Virus record (IMG/VR): IMGVR_UViG_3300020185_000033
Location: 1-64,000 of that record
Reading direction: 5' to 3' (one strand)
Origin: a virus
DNA length: 64,000 nucleotides
The notes below the pieces were generated by a model. That model was not told the origin of the DNA. It saw nothing but the letters and a program-made list of their open reading frames with translations, and ran no database searches. Below, in pieces: positions 19,542 through 28,816 of this stretch (its first letter is position 1; each line of letters opens with the position of its first letter). Made by a program: the position numbers and the translations under genes.

Positions 19542-20663
19542 TTAAGTATTTCTTGCTGAGAAAACATTTTCTATAAGACGTTGTCTATATATGTCTCGGT
19601 TTTTACCTGACAGTGTTTTGTAATTGTATAATGCTATTTGTAGAATACGATCCCAATCATATGTATCTATGTTATTAATAATGTGTATAATATTATCATT
19701 CGTTTCTGCCCAGTCTAGACTTATGTAGTCGCCAAATATTTCTGTGTAGGGATTATATCCCATGTCTCTTAATGCGTCTAGAATATACCTACTACCATTT
19801 ATAACAAACGGCATACCATACAAAATAGGCTTAAATGTTTTTTCTGTTATTTGTGTTATAGGATATAAGTCAGAGCCTACATCAGGAAATGTTTCCATAC
19901 TGATCCACAATTTAGATTGTGTTACCCATTGTTGTTTAACATCTCTATCATTACATTGTAAGGGATTACTTTCGTATTTTGGATTTATTATATGTTTATC
20001 CCAACTACCTATTATATTATTTTCCACTAGACTGTTATTACAGGCTTTGAACCACATATCTAATCTGTGTGATTTAATTTTACCCAGTAAGCATGTAAAG
20101 TCATGCTTTTTATTATTATGCGTGTTATCTTTAATGAACCTTTTTATGTCAACGTCTTCTAACCATTCAGGTATAAGCCTGCTAGTATTTGCTTCTTGTT
20201 CCCAAATATTTGCATGTACCCAATTAATATCTGGATACTTTTTTGCCAGTCTTGGATCAACGTTGTCACTCACAATAGTAAATGATTTAGTATTGGACAC
20301 CCAGTTAAACAGTGTGGGATCATCGTATACCTTGGGCAGGTAATCTAGTTGCTCAAAAAACGGTATGCCCGGTATCCATGGCTCAGCAGGATTAGTTATT
20401 AAAATATGTTTGTCTCTAATCCAATCTCGTTCTTTTAATGCATAAAAAAGGTGAGTCGAAAGTTCTAGTATATCTGTTGTGTTCTCTTTAGCATCGTCGT
20501 AATCAACAAGTTCTATGTCTGTGCCTAACAGTTTGTTAAGACTAAAGTGAGACACTGCTGTCCATGGACTAATTGGATCAAGTAGTGTGTTGATATCTGT
20601 TAGCCGGTCGATGTCAAACAAATTACTATTATGTCGAGTAAAATTTATTGTTTTAATTTTCAT
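19542..20663 (-). CDS. GT10 (fucosyltransferase)-like glycosyltransferase-fold protein
   Basis: WISMET...QITEKTFKPILYGMPFVING resembles the GT10 E-N...Y-[IV]-T-E-K motif; paralog of 20668-21990 and 32044-33303. Confidence 0.55.
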   Translation of the reverse strand: MKIKTINFTRHNSNLFDIDRLTDINTLLDPISPWTAVSHFSLNKLLGTDIELVDYDDAKENTTDILELSTHLFYALKERDWIRDKHILITNPAEPWIPGIPFFEQLDYLPKVYDDPTLFNWVSNTKSFTIVSDNVDPRLAKKYPDINWVHANIWEQEANTSRLIPEWLEDVDIKRFIKDNTHNNKKHDFTCLLGKIKSHRLDMWFKACNNSLVENNIIGSWDKHIINPKYESNPLQCNDRDVKQQWVTQSKLWISMETFPDVGSDLYPITQITEKTFKPILYGMPFVINGSRYILDALRDMGYNPYTEIFGDYISLDWAETNDNIIHIINNIDTYDWDRILQIALYNYKTLSGKNRDIYRQRLIENVFSARNT

Positions 20664-20667
20664 AACT

Positions 20668-21990
20668 TTACTGTCTTTTAAAATGCTGAGCGTTTATATT
20701 AAACGGGTCATTGTTAGCCATTAGTGTAATTAGTTTTTTGTTATGTTTTATTTTTTCCTGTACCTGGGGTGAAAAAAACTTTTCATGTATTTCTATTAGT
20801 GGTGTCTCTAGATAGTTAACTAATACTTCCTTTATAGCTTCCATACGCTCTCCGTCATCATGTATGTTGTCGAATGAATAGTCGAATATCTCTGGGAAAA
20901 GTTTAAAGCCTAATCCAGATATATGTTGATGAGAGTGGCGCAATCCCACACATAACAAAGGCAATTCAAAATAAAATGCTTTAAAGGTTTTCTCTGTTAT
21001 AAATCCTGTGAATGAACTGTGCTCATACTCTCCCCAGTCATTTCCTCCACCAGATGTAGGATTGGTGTTTGAATTAAAGTATGTTTCACATGCTATCCAG
21101 GAATACGCACTTGATATAACTCTATAAGGAGGACTATCTTGGTTACGCAAAAATCTGCCGTCTCTGTGTCTAGAATAAGAATTAACTGCTTCCTTCTTTA
21201 AAAATATTCCTTTGTCTCTGTATGAGTAATATATGTCTCGTTCGTAAGGAGCAATAGTGTCTACTACTTGTGTGCGATGGGTTTTCGTAAAGTTATTTAA
21301 GCACACTAGTTTTTTAAATCTAATCTTGTTCCCTGTTTTATCTAGAATACTGTCGGGCCAAGATTTTTTGCCCGGACTATCTGATATGCGTAGAGGATAT
21401 ATAGTAAAGTACTGTACATCTGCTCCTTGCAAGACACGTTTATACTTTCTACAAATTGTCCAGTTAGCCATTAAAAATTTAAGACGGTCATACCCTATAG
21501 GCTCAAAATCCTTTGCAAGTTTCTCTGCTCTATCAAACTCTCGAAACTCATCTAGATACATATCCCACCCATTCACGAATGCTATGTGCAAGTTTTTGCA
21601 ATTAGCATTAATAAACTCTTGTACTAATCCACTAAAGTCTATATTTTTATCGTTGTATGGATATGTAGATATACCCATGGTGTAATACATATTCTTATTA
21701 GGATATCGATTACAAAGGTCTTTTATTTGATCCCAATCATCTACAATAATAATCGAGCCGTAAAAATTTGTTCTCTCAAACTCGCCTTCTAAGAAGTGCG
21801 GACTTATACTAACGAAGTTTCTGTTATCGTCGCTTTGTCCTTTCTCCAAGCAAATGCCGCCTTGGTCGTCAGTAGTACAAATACTGTGATAGATATATAG
21901 TTCGCTTGTTGAAGATATATCCGGGTTGGTATTCAGTAGTTTGTCGTATGACCAAACTAAATGTTCTGATACTCCTCCTATTTCAATCAT
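20668..21990 (-). CDS. GT10-like glycosyltransferase-fold protein
   Basis: CLNN...HR, WIACET...FITEKTFKAF...LPLLCVG...GFKLFPEIFDYSFD. Confidence 0.55.
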   Translation of the reverse strand: MIEIGGVSEHLVWSYDKLLNTNPDISSTSELYIYHSICTTDDQGGICLEKGQSDDNRNFVSISPHFLEGEFERTNFYGSIIIVDDWDQIKDLCNRYPNKNMYYTMGISTYPYNDKNIDFSGLVQEFINANCKNLHIAFVNGWDMYLDEFREFDRAEKLAKDFEPIGYDRLKFLMANWTICRKYKRVLQGADVQYFTIYPLRISDSPGKKSWPDSILDKTGNKIRFKKLVCLNNFTKTHRTQVVDTIAPYERDIYYSYRDKGIFLKKEAVNSYSRHRDGRFLRNQDSPPYRVISSAYSWIACETYFNSNTNPTSGGGNDWGEYEHSSFTGFITEKTFKAFYFELPLLCVGLRHSHQHISGLGFKLFPEIFDYSFDNIHDDGERMEAIKEVLVNYLETPLIEIHEKFFSPQVQEKIKHNKKLITLMANNDPFNINAQHFKRQ

Positions 21991-23402
21991 CTGCTGTTAT
22001 GCTTCGGGTCTGTTCGTGTGTACCAATTATATAGTTCTTCGTCTGCACTGTATATGTCCTGTATAGTTAATGCTTCGCCTGGTGCTCCATCGTTTCGTAT
22101 TTCTGCAATAGTTTTTTGCCACTGTCTGCCGTTAAAGAACTGTTCTTCGTGTGTGTCCGGAAACTGTTCTGCAAACGTGGGTGTATTTAATATTGCCTCT
22201 AATTGTGCTATCACTGTGCTTTGTTTTTCTGTAACTATAGGGCGTAAGTCATTTAGTAAACTGTTTACTATCCTATCTAGTATATGCCTAGGCCAACTCA
22301 TAAAACTAAACACAATGTCAGGGTGGAATGCAAACATATTCTTTGTTTCTATTTTAACGTTAAGGTCTATAGCATACTGTACAAACTCGCGTAAGCCAAA
22401 TAGTCCCGGGCCTGTTAGTGTTAAGTCCATTAACATTTTACTGTCACCGCCTGGACATGCAACACCTTCTCTAAAGTTTTTATCCCACTCTTCCCAAACT
22501 AATCCTGTGCGAATAAACTCTCCGATTTTTCCAATGCCGTCTATACTAGCACACATAGTCCAATCTTTTGCTTGTGGTAACCAGTCATACAAATAATTTT
22601 TACCGTAGCGAACTCTACTTAGATTACTGTTGTAACGTAAGTGTACTTTGTTTAAGTTTCCATCTTCGGCAAGTCTAGCCATACTTTTCCAATGTATATC
22701 ATACATCAATGGCTCACCTCCTACCCAGTATATTTCTTCTACTGTGCCTGACTTAATGGCTTCCCAAAATTCTTCTTCTACTACTTCTTGCTGAAACTTT
22801 TGGATTATCTCTTTATTTTCCGGGACCATGAACGGCTGACTCTCCGGCGTCCAATGATCGTTCTGTCTCTTTTCTGTTTCCCATGCCGAGCTAAGTTGTT
22901 CACCACACATACGGCACTTAAAGTTACACAGATTGCTAACCCTATAATCAAAACTGATAGGGTCCATAGTTGTACTTCCATCATCGGTTGTCTCCTCAAA
23001 ACATTTGTCTATCTTGTCTTCAAATAAGAAGCCTGTAAACCACTGACGATATGTGCTTTGACTTAGTATACTGTCATTACAAACAGCACATTGCGGAATA
23101 GTTTCTCCAGCAAGTAGTTTAAGGCGTATGTCTCTCATATACTTACTGTTCCAATGTTCTTTTAAACTTATCGGCTGGTAGTCTGCAATAGTGCCACTCT
23201 CTTTAAATAAGCCTGTGCTTTCATCATTACTGGCATCAATGTACTGCTTTTGAAACTGGTGTTCTTCTCTACTAGCACAGCACATACGTCTTTCAGACTG
23301 CGGACTAATATATGTATGAGTCCATGGTGCTGTACAAAAAACTTTGTTCTCTGATTCTGGGTGCATAGAACCATGCTCCCATTTAGGTTTAACTCTTTTC
23401 AT
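21987..23402 (-). CDS. Radical SAM protein with N-terminal twitch/SPASM domain (copy 6)
   Basis: CNFKCRMC; WVGGEPL; YNSN; SIDG; N-terminal FCTAPWTH...MCC...CAVC. ATG at 23402 with GGAG RBS. Confidence 0.92.
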   Translation of the reverse strand: MKRVKPKWEHGSMHPESENKVFCTAPWTHTYISPQSERRMCCASREEHQFQKQYIDASNDESTGLFKESGTIADYQPISLKEHWNSKYMRDIRLKLLAGETIPQCAVCNDSILSQSTYRQWFTGFLFEDKIDKCFEETTDDGSTTMDPISFDYRVSNLCNFKCRMCGEQLSSAWETEKRQNDHWTPESQPFMVPENKEIIQKFQQEVVEEEFWEAIKSGTVEEIYWVGGEPLMYDIHWKSMARLAEDGNLNKVHLRYNSNLSRVRYGKNYLYDWLPQAKDWTMCASIDGIGKIGEFIRTGLVWEEWDKNFREGVACPGGDSKMLMDLTLTGPGLFGLREFVQYAIDLNVKIETKNMFAFHPDIVFSFMSWPRHILDRIVNSLLNDLRPIVTEKQSTVIAQLEAILNTPTFAEQFPDTHEEQFFNGRQWQKTIAEIRNDGAPGEALTIQDIYSADEELYNWYTRTDPKHNSR

Positions 23403-25071
23403 CGACTGCTCCACCAAGTCCATCTGTCTCGGTGTCCCAACCTATACTGCTACCTGATTTACGTTTGATATTCGGATTGTAGTCTGGATCATCTTTATAT
23501 TTTTCATCGTCGTAATCGTCATCGCTCTCACCTGTTTGACGTCCACGTACTTTCATTTCTACAACTTTAACTTCTCCATCCTCTGTAACAATACGTTTAG
23601 CATACAGTGTATTTGTTACACCAACACTATCCGGTGCTTGTATATCGTGGTCATCACTGATGTCTAAGACTTCAATACTGTCATACCATTCTGCAAGTCT
23701 TGGGAATGTTTCTTTAAAATTAAATCCTCGTCTTGCATCATACTGTTCATAAAATACTTTGAAGTCATGATGTAGTAAGTGTTGTTCTGCAGTATTTCTG
23801 TGCGGAGTCTTTACAACATCTAAGTATTCAATTAGTCTACTAATTTGATCTTGCTCCCACGGTTGCAATAATTCAGCGCCTGTGATTTCTGACTTCTCAC
23901 CTTTTGCTCTAACGTTATCTAGCCAATCACTAATTTCATCATGATACATTTTACGCAAGTGATCTGGTAATGTTAACGGACTTTGGAAACTAGGAAAACG
24001 TAATATGTTCACACTAATACCAGGTACATGATGTCCGTACTTACGTTTCATTTCTAATGTCCAATCCCAAAACTGCGTGATTGTGTCTAAGCATAAAGCA
24101 TTAATAGTCATCATACAATGTACACCTTCGAACCTTGCTTCACTGGCAAAACGTTCAAACTGTTTCGTCCATATGTCCCATTCCAGTCCGTCCCTAATGT
24201 ACTCTGCTTGTGCGCCAAAGGCTTCATTACTAGTGTACACATGGAAGTGTTCAATGTGTTGTGTTGCATCGATAAACCTATCGAGCAATGCTGGCTTAGC
24301 CATTAAGTTACTGTTAATTGCCAAACGCATTTTATGTTTGTTCGGATCATCAGACTCTTTAAACCAATCAAACAACTTATAAATTTCAGGAGTCATTAAT
24401 GGCTCACCGCCTGTAACTCTAATCTCTTCTAAGTCCTTACTTAGTTCGGGCCACCACTTCCAAAAAGCATCAACATAAGGATTAACATCACCGCGTTCAA
24501 ACGGCTCGGCATACGGAGCATCATCAATAAAGTGACCTCTTGCATCACTCTTAATACCTTGATATCCACCATTAGTTCTAATATCTTTAACCCATGTACT
24601 ACTAAATGCTGGGTTACAATAACTACATGCAAGTTGACATGTCCTATCAAAAGCAATTTCCATTGTTTTTAAATTAACATCTTCTTGCGGATCTAATGTT
24701 GCAATAAGATCCAAGTCATCGTCTTCGTAGATAACTGTCTTATAAACTCTGTCAGACACTGGCTCATTACCGTCTGAGTCTTGGCCCATGTCTTCTATCT
24801 TCCAACAGTACTCACACTCTTTTGGTCGATCACCTTTCTGCATCATATCACGCATCTTTTTCTTATGCCGTGTGTTATGAATAGCTGATGGATTTGTTTT
24901 AATTTCTTCTGTATCTATTTGGTGTGCCGGGGGATGATGGCAACTGGTTGTACCGCCATGGCCCAACCATATTGTTGCGTTAAACCACTTAGCTCCACAG
25001 AACGAATTACTAACAGGATCAATCTTCCGTGCTTTAAACTCTCTGTGTGTCTCTCCTACTTTTCTTACCAT
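23389..25071 (-). CDS. Radical SAM protein with N-terminal twitch-like domain (copy 7, AKW...CHHPP subtype), acidic C-terminal tail
   Basis: CQLACSYC; VTGGEPL; N-terminal FCGAKW...SCHHPP...CEYC. Confidence 0.92.
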   Translation of the reverse strand: MVRKVGETHREFKARKIDPVSNSFCGAKWFNATIWLGHGGTTSCHHPPAHQIDTEEIKTNPSAIHNTRHKKKMRDMMQKGDRPKECEYCWKIEDMGQDSDGNEPVSDRVYKTVIYEDDDLDLIATLDPQEDVNLKTMEIAFDRTCQLACSYCNPAFSSTWVKDIRTNGGYQGIKSDARGHFIDDAPYAEPFERGDVNPYVDAFWKWWPELSKDLEEIRVTGGEPLMTPEIYKLFDWFKESDDPNKHKMRLAINSNLMAKPALLDRFIDATQHIEHFHVYTSNEAFGAQAEYIRDGLEWDIWTKQFERFASEARFEGVHCMMTINALCLDTITQFWDWTLEMKRKYGHHVPGISVNILRFPSFQSPLTLPDHLRKMYHDEISDWLDNVRAKGEKSEITGAELLQPWEQDQISRLIEYLDVVKTPHRNTAEQHLLHHDFKVFYEQYDARRGFNFKETFPRLAEWYDSIEVLDISDDHDIQAPDSVGVTNTLYAKRIVTEDGEVKVVEMKVRGRQTGESDDDYDDEKYKDDPDYNPNIKRKSGSSIGWDTETDGLGGAVDEKS

Positions 25072-25667
25072 TACATATTCCCTACGTCAAAACTTAGATT
25101 TCTAACCTGTACATGTCTTTTTAGATCTATCAACCATTCGATTTGTTCTGCTACACTATCAGCTGTCATCATAAAGTCTTCTGCAAAGTCTTTAAATATT
25201 GCTGTACTGTCAGTGTCAACAAATCCCGGTTTGATTAGACTCACTCTACACTTTCCCTGTTTGTGCATATTGGCTAATTGTAAACTTGCCCAGTCTAATC
25301 TGGCTTTGTCGCTTACATAGGGCGTCCATTCTGCACTGTAACCCATTTGACTAAAGTTAGTTATACTGTCGCTACTAGTAGCACTCATATTAACTATTAG
25401 TCTAGGTTTATTTTGCCATTGCTCATACATCAAATACAATAACCTAACTTGGTTATCTGGAACGTATGCATTATTTATAAATGCATCAGCGTTCCATTCT
25501 ACTGCTTCTTTAACAACTTTTTTGCATGTACTTACTTTCATTAAGTTGTAGCCATTGGACTTACTAAAGCCTTTAAGTTCAAAACCCCTGTCCTCTAAAC
25601 GATTCCAAAGCTCTTTTCCTATACCTCTAGTGTGTCCTGTTATAGCAATTCTTTTAAGATGTGGCAT
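25071..25667 (-). CDS. Short-chain dehydrogenase/reductase (SDR)
   Basis: ITGHTRGIG, INNA, YVSDK (YxxxK), KPGFVDT. Confidence 0.85.
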   Translation of the reverse strand: MPHLKRIAITGHTRGIGKELWNRLEDRGFELKGFSKSNGYNLMKVSTCKKVVKEAVEWNADAFINNAYVPDNQVRLLYLMYEQWQNKPRLIVNMSATSSDSITNFSQMGYSAEWTPYVSDKARLDWASLQLANMHKQGKCRVSLIKPGFVDTDSTAIFKDFAEDFMMTADSVAEQIEWLIDLKRHVQVRNLSFDVGNM

Positions 25668-25672
25668 GTGTA

Positions 25673-25680
25673 TATTTACT
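25673..25680 (-). promoter_or_regulatory. Late-type promoter AGTAAATA, 5 nt upstream of the SDR ATG
   Basis: Intergenic; same 5-nt spacing to ATG as three other copies. Confidence 0.5.
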
Positions 25681-25692
25681 CTATTGTGTTAT

Positions 25693-26793
25693 TTATTCAA
25701 ACAAATCTACGTTTTCCCATGGCATATTTTCTTTGCCAAAGTGTCCGTAGTTTGTGGTCCAACTAAGGTCTAAATTAAACAAATCAAACTTGTCTATGAT
25801 ACCTTTTGGTGTTAAGTCTACAAGTTGTCGTATTTCTTGTGTAATGTCGCTTCTGACTTCACCGTCAGCATATACATACACACTAGTTGGCTCTTTAACG
25901 CCAATAGCATAACTTAGTTGTACAGTACAGTTGTCTGCTTTACCTGATACTACAATGTTCTTTGCCAAGTAGCGAGCCATATATGCGGCTGATCTGTCGA
26001 CTTTAGTAGGGTCCTTACCGCTAAATGCACCGCCACCATGTGGAGCATACCCGCCATAAGTATCAACAATAATTTTCCGTCCAGTAAGTCCAGTATCTCC
26101 ATCCGGTCCTCCAATTACAAATTTTCCTGTTGGGTTAATTAAGTATTCGGTGTCATCGTCAACAGGAGCATTAACACCCTTCAATGCTATTTTAACAAAC
26201 GTTTCGATTGTTTCTCTAGTAACATCTAATGAAAACTCTTCTGTGTGCTGACTGCTACACACTACTCTACTAACTCGTAGAGGAGTATTAATGTCGCTAT
26301 ATTCCATTGTAACTTGCGCCTTACTGTCTGGACCAAGCCACAATTCCTTATCTCGTCTTCTTCCTTCTAGGTATTTTAATATTGCATGACTGTAATATAT
26401 TGCACTTGGCATGTGCGTGGGTGTCTCATTACATGCATACCCAAACATAATGCCTTGGTCTCCGGCACCAAAGTCATCTGTGCCTAATGCAATGTCGGGT
26501 GATTGTCCGTGTAGCTCATTGTAAACTTTTAGTGTGTCCCAATGAAAACCTTCTTGCTCGTAACCAATTTCTTTTACAGTATCTCTGACAATTTTTTCAA
26601 TAATTTCCTTGTCAAAGTTATCCGATTTATATTCGCCCGCCAACGTTACCATGTTGGTAGTTACAAGTGTTTCGATTGCCGCTCTATGAGTGGCGTTGTT
26701 GTTTAGTAAGTAAGTAGCAACTCTGTCTGAAATCAAGTCTGCTATCTTATCTGGGTGTCCAGTACTAACACTTTCGCTCGTAAATTCGTACAT
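25693..26793 (-). CDS. metK: S-adenosylmethionine synthetase
   Basis: FTSESVSTGHPDKIAD, GAGDQGIMFGYA, INPTGKFVIGGPDGDTGLTGRKIIVDTYGG, GGGAFSGKDPTKVDRSAAYMARY. Confidence 0.98.
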   Translation of the reverse strand: MYEFTSESVSTGHPDKIADLISDRVATYLLNNNATHRAAIETLVTTNMVTLAGEYKSDNFDKEIIEKIVRDTVKEIGYEQEGFHWDTLKVYNELHGQSPDIALGTDDFGAGDQGIMFGYACNETPTHMPSAIYYSHAILKYLEGRRRDKELWLGPDSKAQVTMEYSDINTPLRVSRVVCSSQHTEEFSLDVTRETIETFVKIALKGVNAPVDDDTEYLINPTGKFVIGGPDGDTGLTGRKIIVDTYGGYAPHGGGAFSGKDPTKVDRSAAYMARYLAKNIVVSGKADNCTVQLSYAIGVKEPTSVYVYADGEVRSDITQEIRQLVDLTPKGIIDKFDLFNLDLSWTTNYGHFGKENMPWENVDLFE

Positions 26794-26829
26794 TTATTTC
26801 TCCGTTATAGTTTATATAGAATAGTTATA

Positions 26830-27153
26830 CTATCTGACGAATAAGCCTTTAAGTTCTTTGCCTTTAGCCATGTCGCCGTTGAACGTCATTTTGCCGCCCA
26901 TTACCAATGATATAGGATTGCCACCTGCTAAGAACATTTCTAACAACGTGTCCTCATTAACAAACCCAACAGTGATATCTGATTTGTCTAACTGCTTGTG
27001 TGCAATACTAAATTCTTTGTCGTGAATACTAACAGAAAATTTACCGTTAGTCTCACTAATAACATTAATATTAATGTCAATATCAATACCATCTGCTTTT
27101 TGTACTTGGAAGTTTTCTTCCAATTGTGTTTTAATTTTATCGTAGTCTAACAT
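26830..27153 (-). CDS. SCP2 (sterol carrier protein 2)-like lipid-binding domain protein
   Basis: 107 aa; C-terminal NPISLVMGGKMTFNGDMAKGKEL fits the SCP2 pattern nP..afm.Gkl.i.Gd; AGGAG RBS. Confidence 0.7.
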   Translation of the reverse strand: MLDYDKIKTQLEENFQVQKADGIDIDININVISETNGKFSVSIHDKEFSIAHKQLDKSDITVGFVNEDTLLEMFLAGGNPISLVMGGKMTFNGDMAKGKELKGLFVR

Positions 27154-27178
27154 TATGTGTTCTCCTCTTGTATTGTGT

Positions 27179-28816
27179 TTACTCTAACAATGCATCTGCT
27201 TCCTCACAGATAAACCAGAAGTCGTGCATCTCTGGAAATGTTGCTAGGAAGTTTGTGTTTCTTCTTATGTCATGTTCTGTAAAAAATTTATAAAAATCTG
27301 CTCGGTCTCTTATTAATTTTTCATTTGATAACTCTACTTTCATAAAATCTAAATTTCTTTTTGCTTTTGCTATCTCAAAATCCTTGAAGCCTTTGTAGTC
27401 GACATAATCCTCATTGGCTTTGTTCTGCTCCATAAAGTCAATTGCTTCTTGCATATATTCTTGATACTGCCCAGGTAGTACTTGTATACTTTGCCACGCA
27501 GGAGCTCTGAGTAATGGAATGTCAAACCATATACGTTGCTCTGGAACTTCCCACCCCATTGCGTATTGATTCTCTTTACTCCATTTTTCTCTAAGCTCTA
27601 AAATTCCCTGCAAGAATTCTTTGAAACTTGTTACACTTAAACAATTAAATGTGTTAATAAAATTGATACTAGTGAATCTTGTTTCGTCTAAAAATCTATG
27701 ACAGTTGCTCCACACAGTCCAAAAGTCCATACCATTACGCATGTACTCTGCTTGTTCGCCCCAACCATCTAAACTACAGAATACACTAAAGTTATGATAT
27801 GCTTTATCATTGTATTCGTATATGTATGTGTAACTGTTATTGTCTTGTTCCTCACATTGTCCAACTTGCATAAACGTTTGTGGTATTTGTTCACGCTCTA
27901 TAACTGGTAGTTCGCTGTCATGATAACGTTTTGCATCAGCACCTATAATAGAATGTTGCCATGTCTGCCAGTCAGTGCCGTCTAATGGATCAGTAACATA
28001 TACCTCAGCACCATGTTGTACGTTGTCTAACTGCTTAACTGCATCTAAAAACTTAACAAACAATTTATCGTTGACAGGACACATGTTTGTTGTTATACTT
28101 AATTCTAAATCTTTATTTGGATTATCGTATACATAATCAAGTACCTTAAATGTATTCTTATCCATTAATGGTTCACCGCCTGTCATACGAAACACTCGTA
28201 GTGTTTTATACATCTCGGGCCACCATTTCCAAAAAGCAGTAACGTATGGGTTAGCATCCTGACTTACTTTAAGTGGCATAAGTCCTTTTTTGTTTAAACT
28301 GTTTATGTTGTTATGCGGTGCTGTAGTTGGATACTCACCGAACTCGTCAATCTCTTCTTGCCATGCAGTACTTAAATGCGGTGAACAATAACTACACTTA
28401 AAGTTACATGCTTGGTTAAAGTTTACTTCTACATAACGTGGATTGATGTTACCACTAGCACCAGCATCCATAATATCTTCTTTACTTTCCTGTGCCCAGT
28501 ATTCTCCACTGCGATATACCCTATCACTTCTGTCGCCTTGGTCTTCGATGTTCCAGCAATAACTACAACCGTCAGGCCTCTCACCTTTAAGCATTTGTCT
28601 TCGTTGTTCTTTCTTCTCTTCGGTGTTATGTAGTGCCGTAATATTTTTATCTAATTCATCTAACGGAATTTTATGTGTGGGAGGGTGATAACAACTGTGT
28701 GTCATACCATTCGTTAAATGCATAGACACTTGACTCCACTTAGCATAACACATGCTAGGACTAATATTGTCTAGTTGTTTTTTTGCCTTATCTGCGGCTT
28801 GATCGTATATGCTCAT
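27179..28816 (-). CDS. Radical SAM protein with N-terminal twitch-like domain (copy 8, AKW...CYHPP subtype) with internal insertion
   Basis: CNFKCSYC; MTGGEPL; TTN; SLDG; N-terminal MCYAKW...SCYHPP...CSYC. Likely start MSIYDQ at 28816 (TAATG overlap with the upstream small gene). Confidence 0.92.
   Translation of the reverse strand: MSIYDQAADKAKKQLDNISPSMCYAKWSQVSMHLTNGMTHSCYHPPTHKIPLDELDKNITALHNTEEKKEQRRQMLKGERPDGCSYCWNIEDQGDRSDRVYRSGEYWAQESKEDIMDAGASGNINPRYVEVNFNQACNFKCSYCSPHLSTAWQEEIDEFGEYPTTAPHNNINSLNKKGLMPLKVSQDANPYVTAFWKWWPEMYKTLRVFRMTGGEPLMDKNTFKVLDYVYDNPNKDLELSITTNMCPVNDKLFVKFLDAVKQLDNVQHGAEVYVTDPLDGTDWQTWQHSIIGADAKRYHDSELPVIEREQIPQTFMQVGQCEEQDNNSYTYIYEYNDKAYHNFSVFCSLDGWGEQAEYMRNGMDFWTVWSNCHRFLDETRFTSINFINTFNCLSVTSFKEFLQGILELREKWSKENQYAMGWEVPEQRIWFDIPLLRAPAWQSIQVLPGQYQEYMQEAIDFMEQNKANEDYVDYKGFKDFEIAKAKRNLDFMKVELSNEKLIRDRADFYKFFTEHDIRRNTNFLATFPEMHDFWFICEEADALLE

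Noticed and set aside
27790-28030. Possible intein or intron in radical SAM copy 8
   Set aside because: In frame, with no Cys/Ser start, His-Asn end or homing endonuclease motif.
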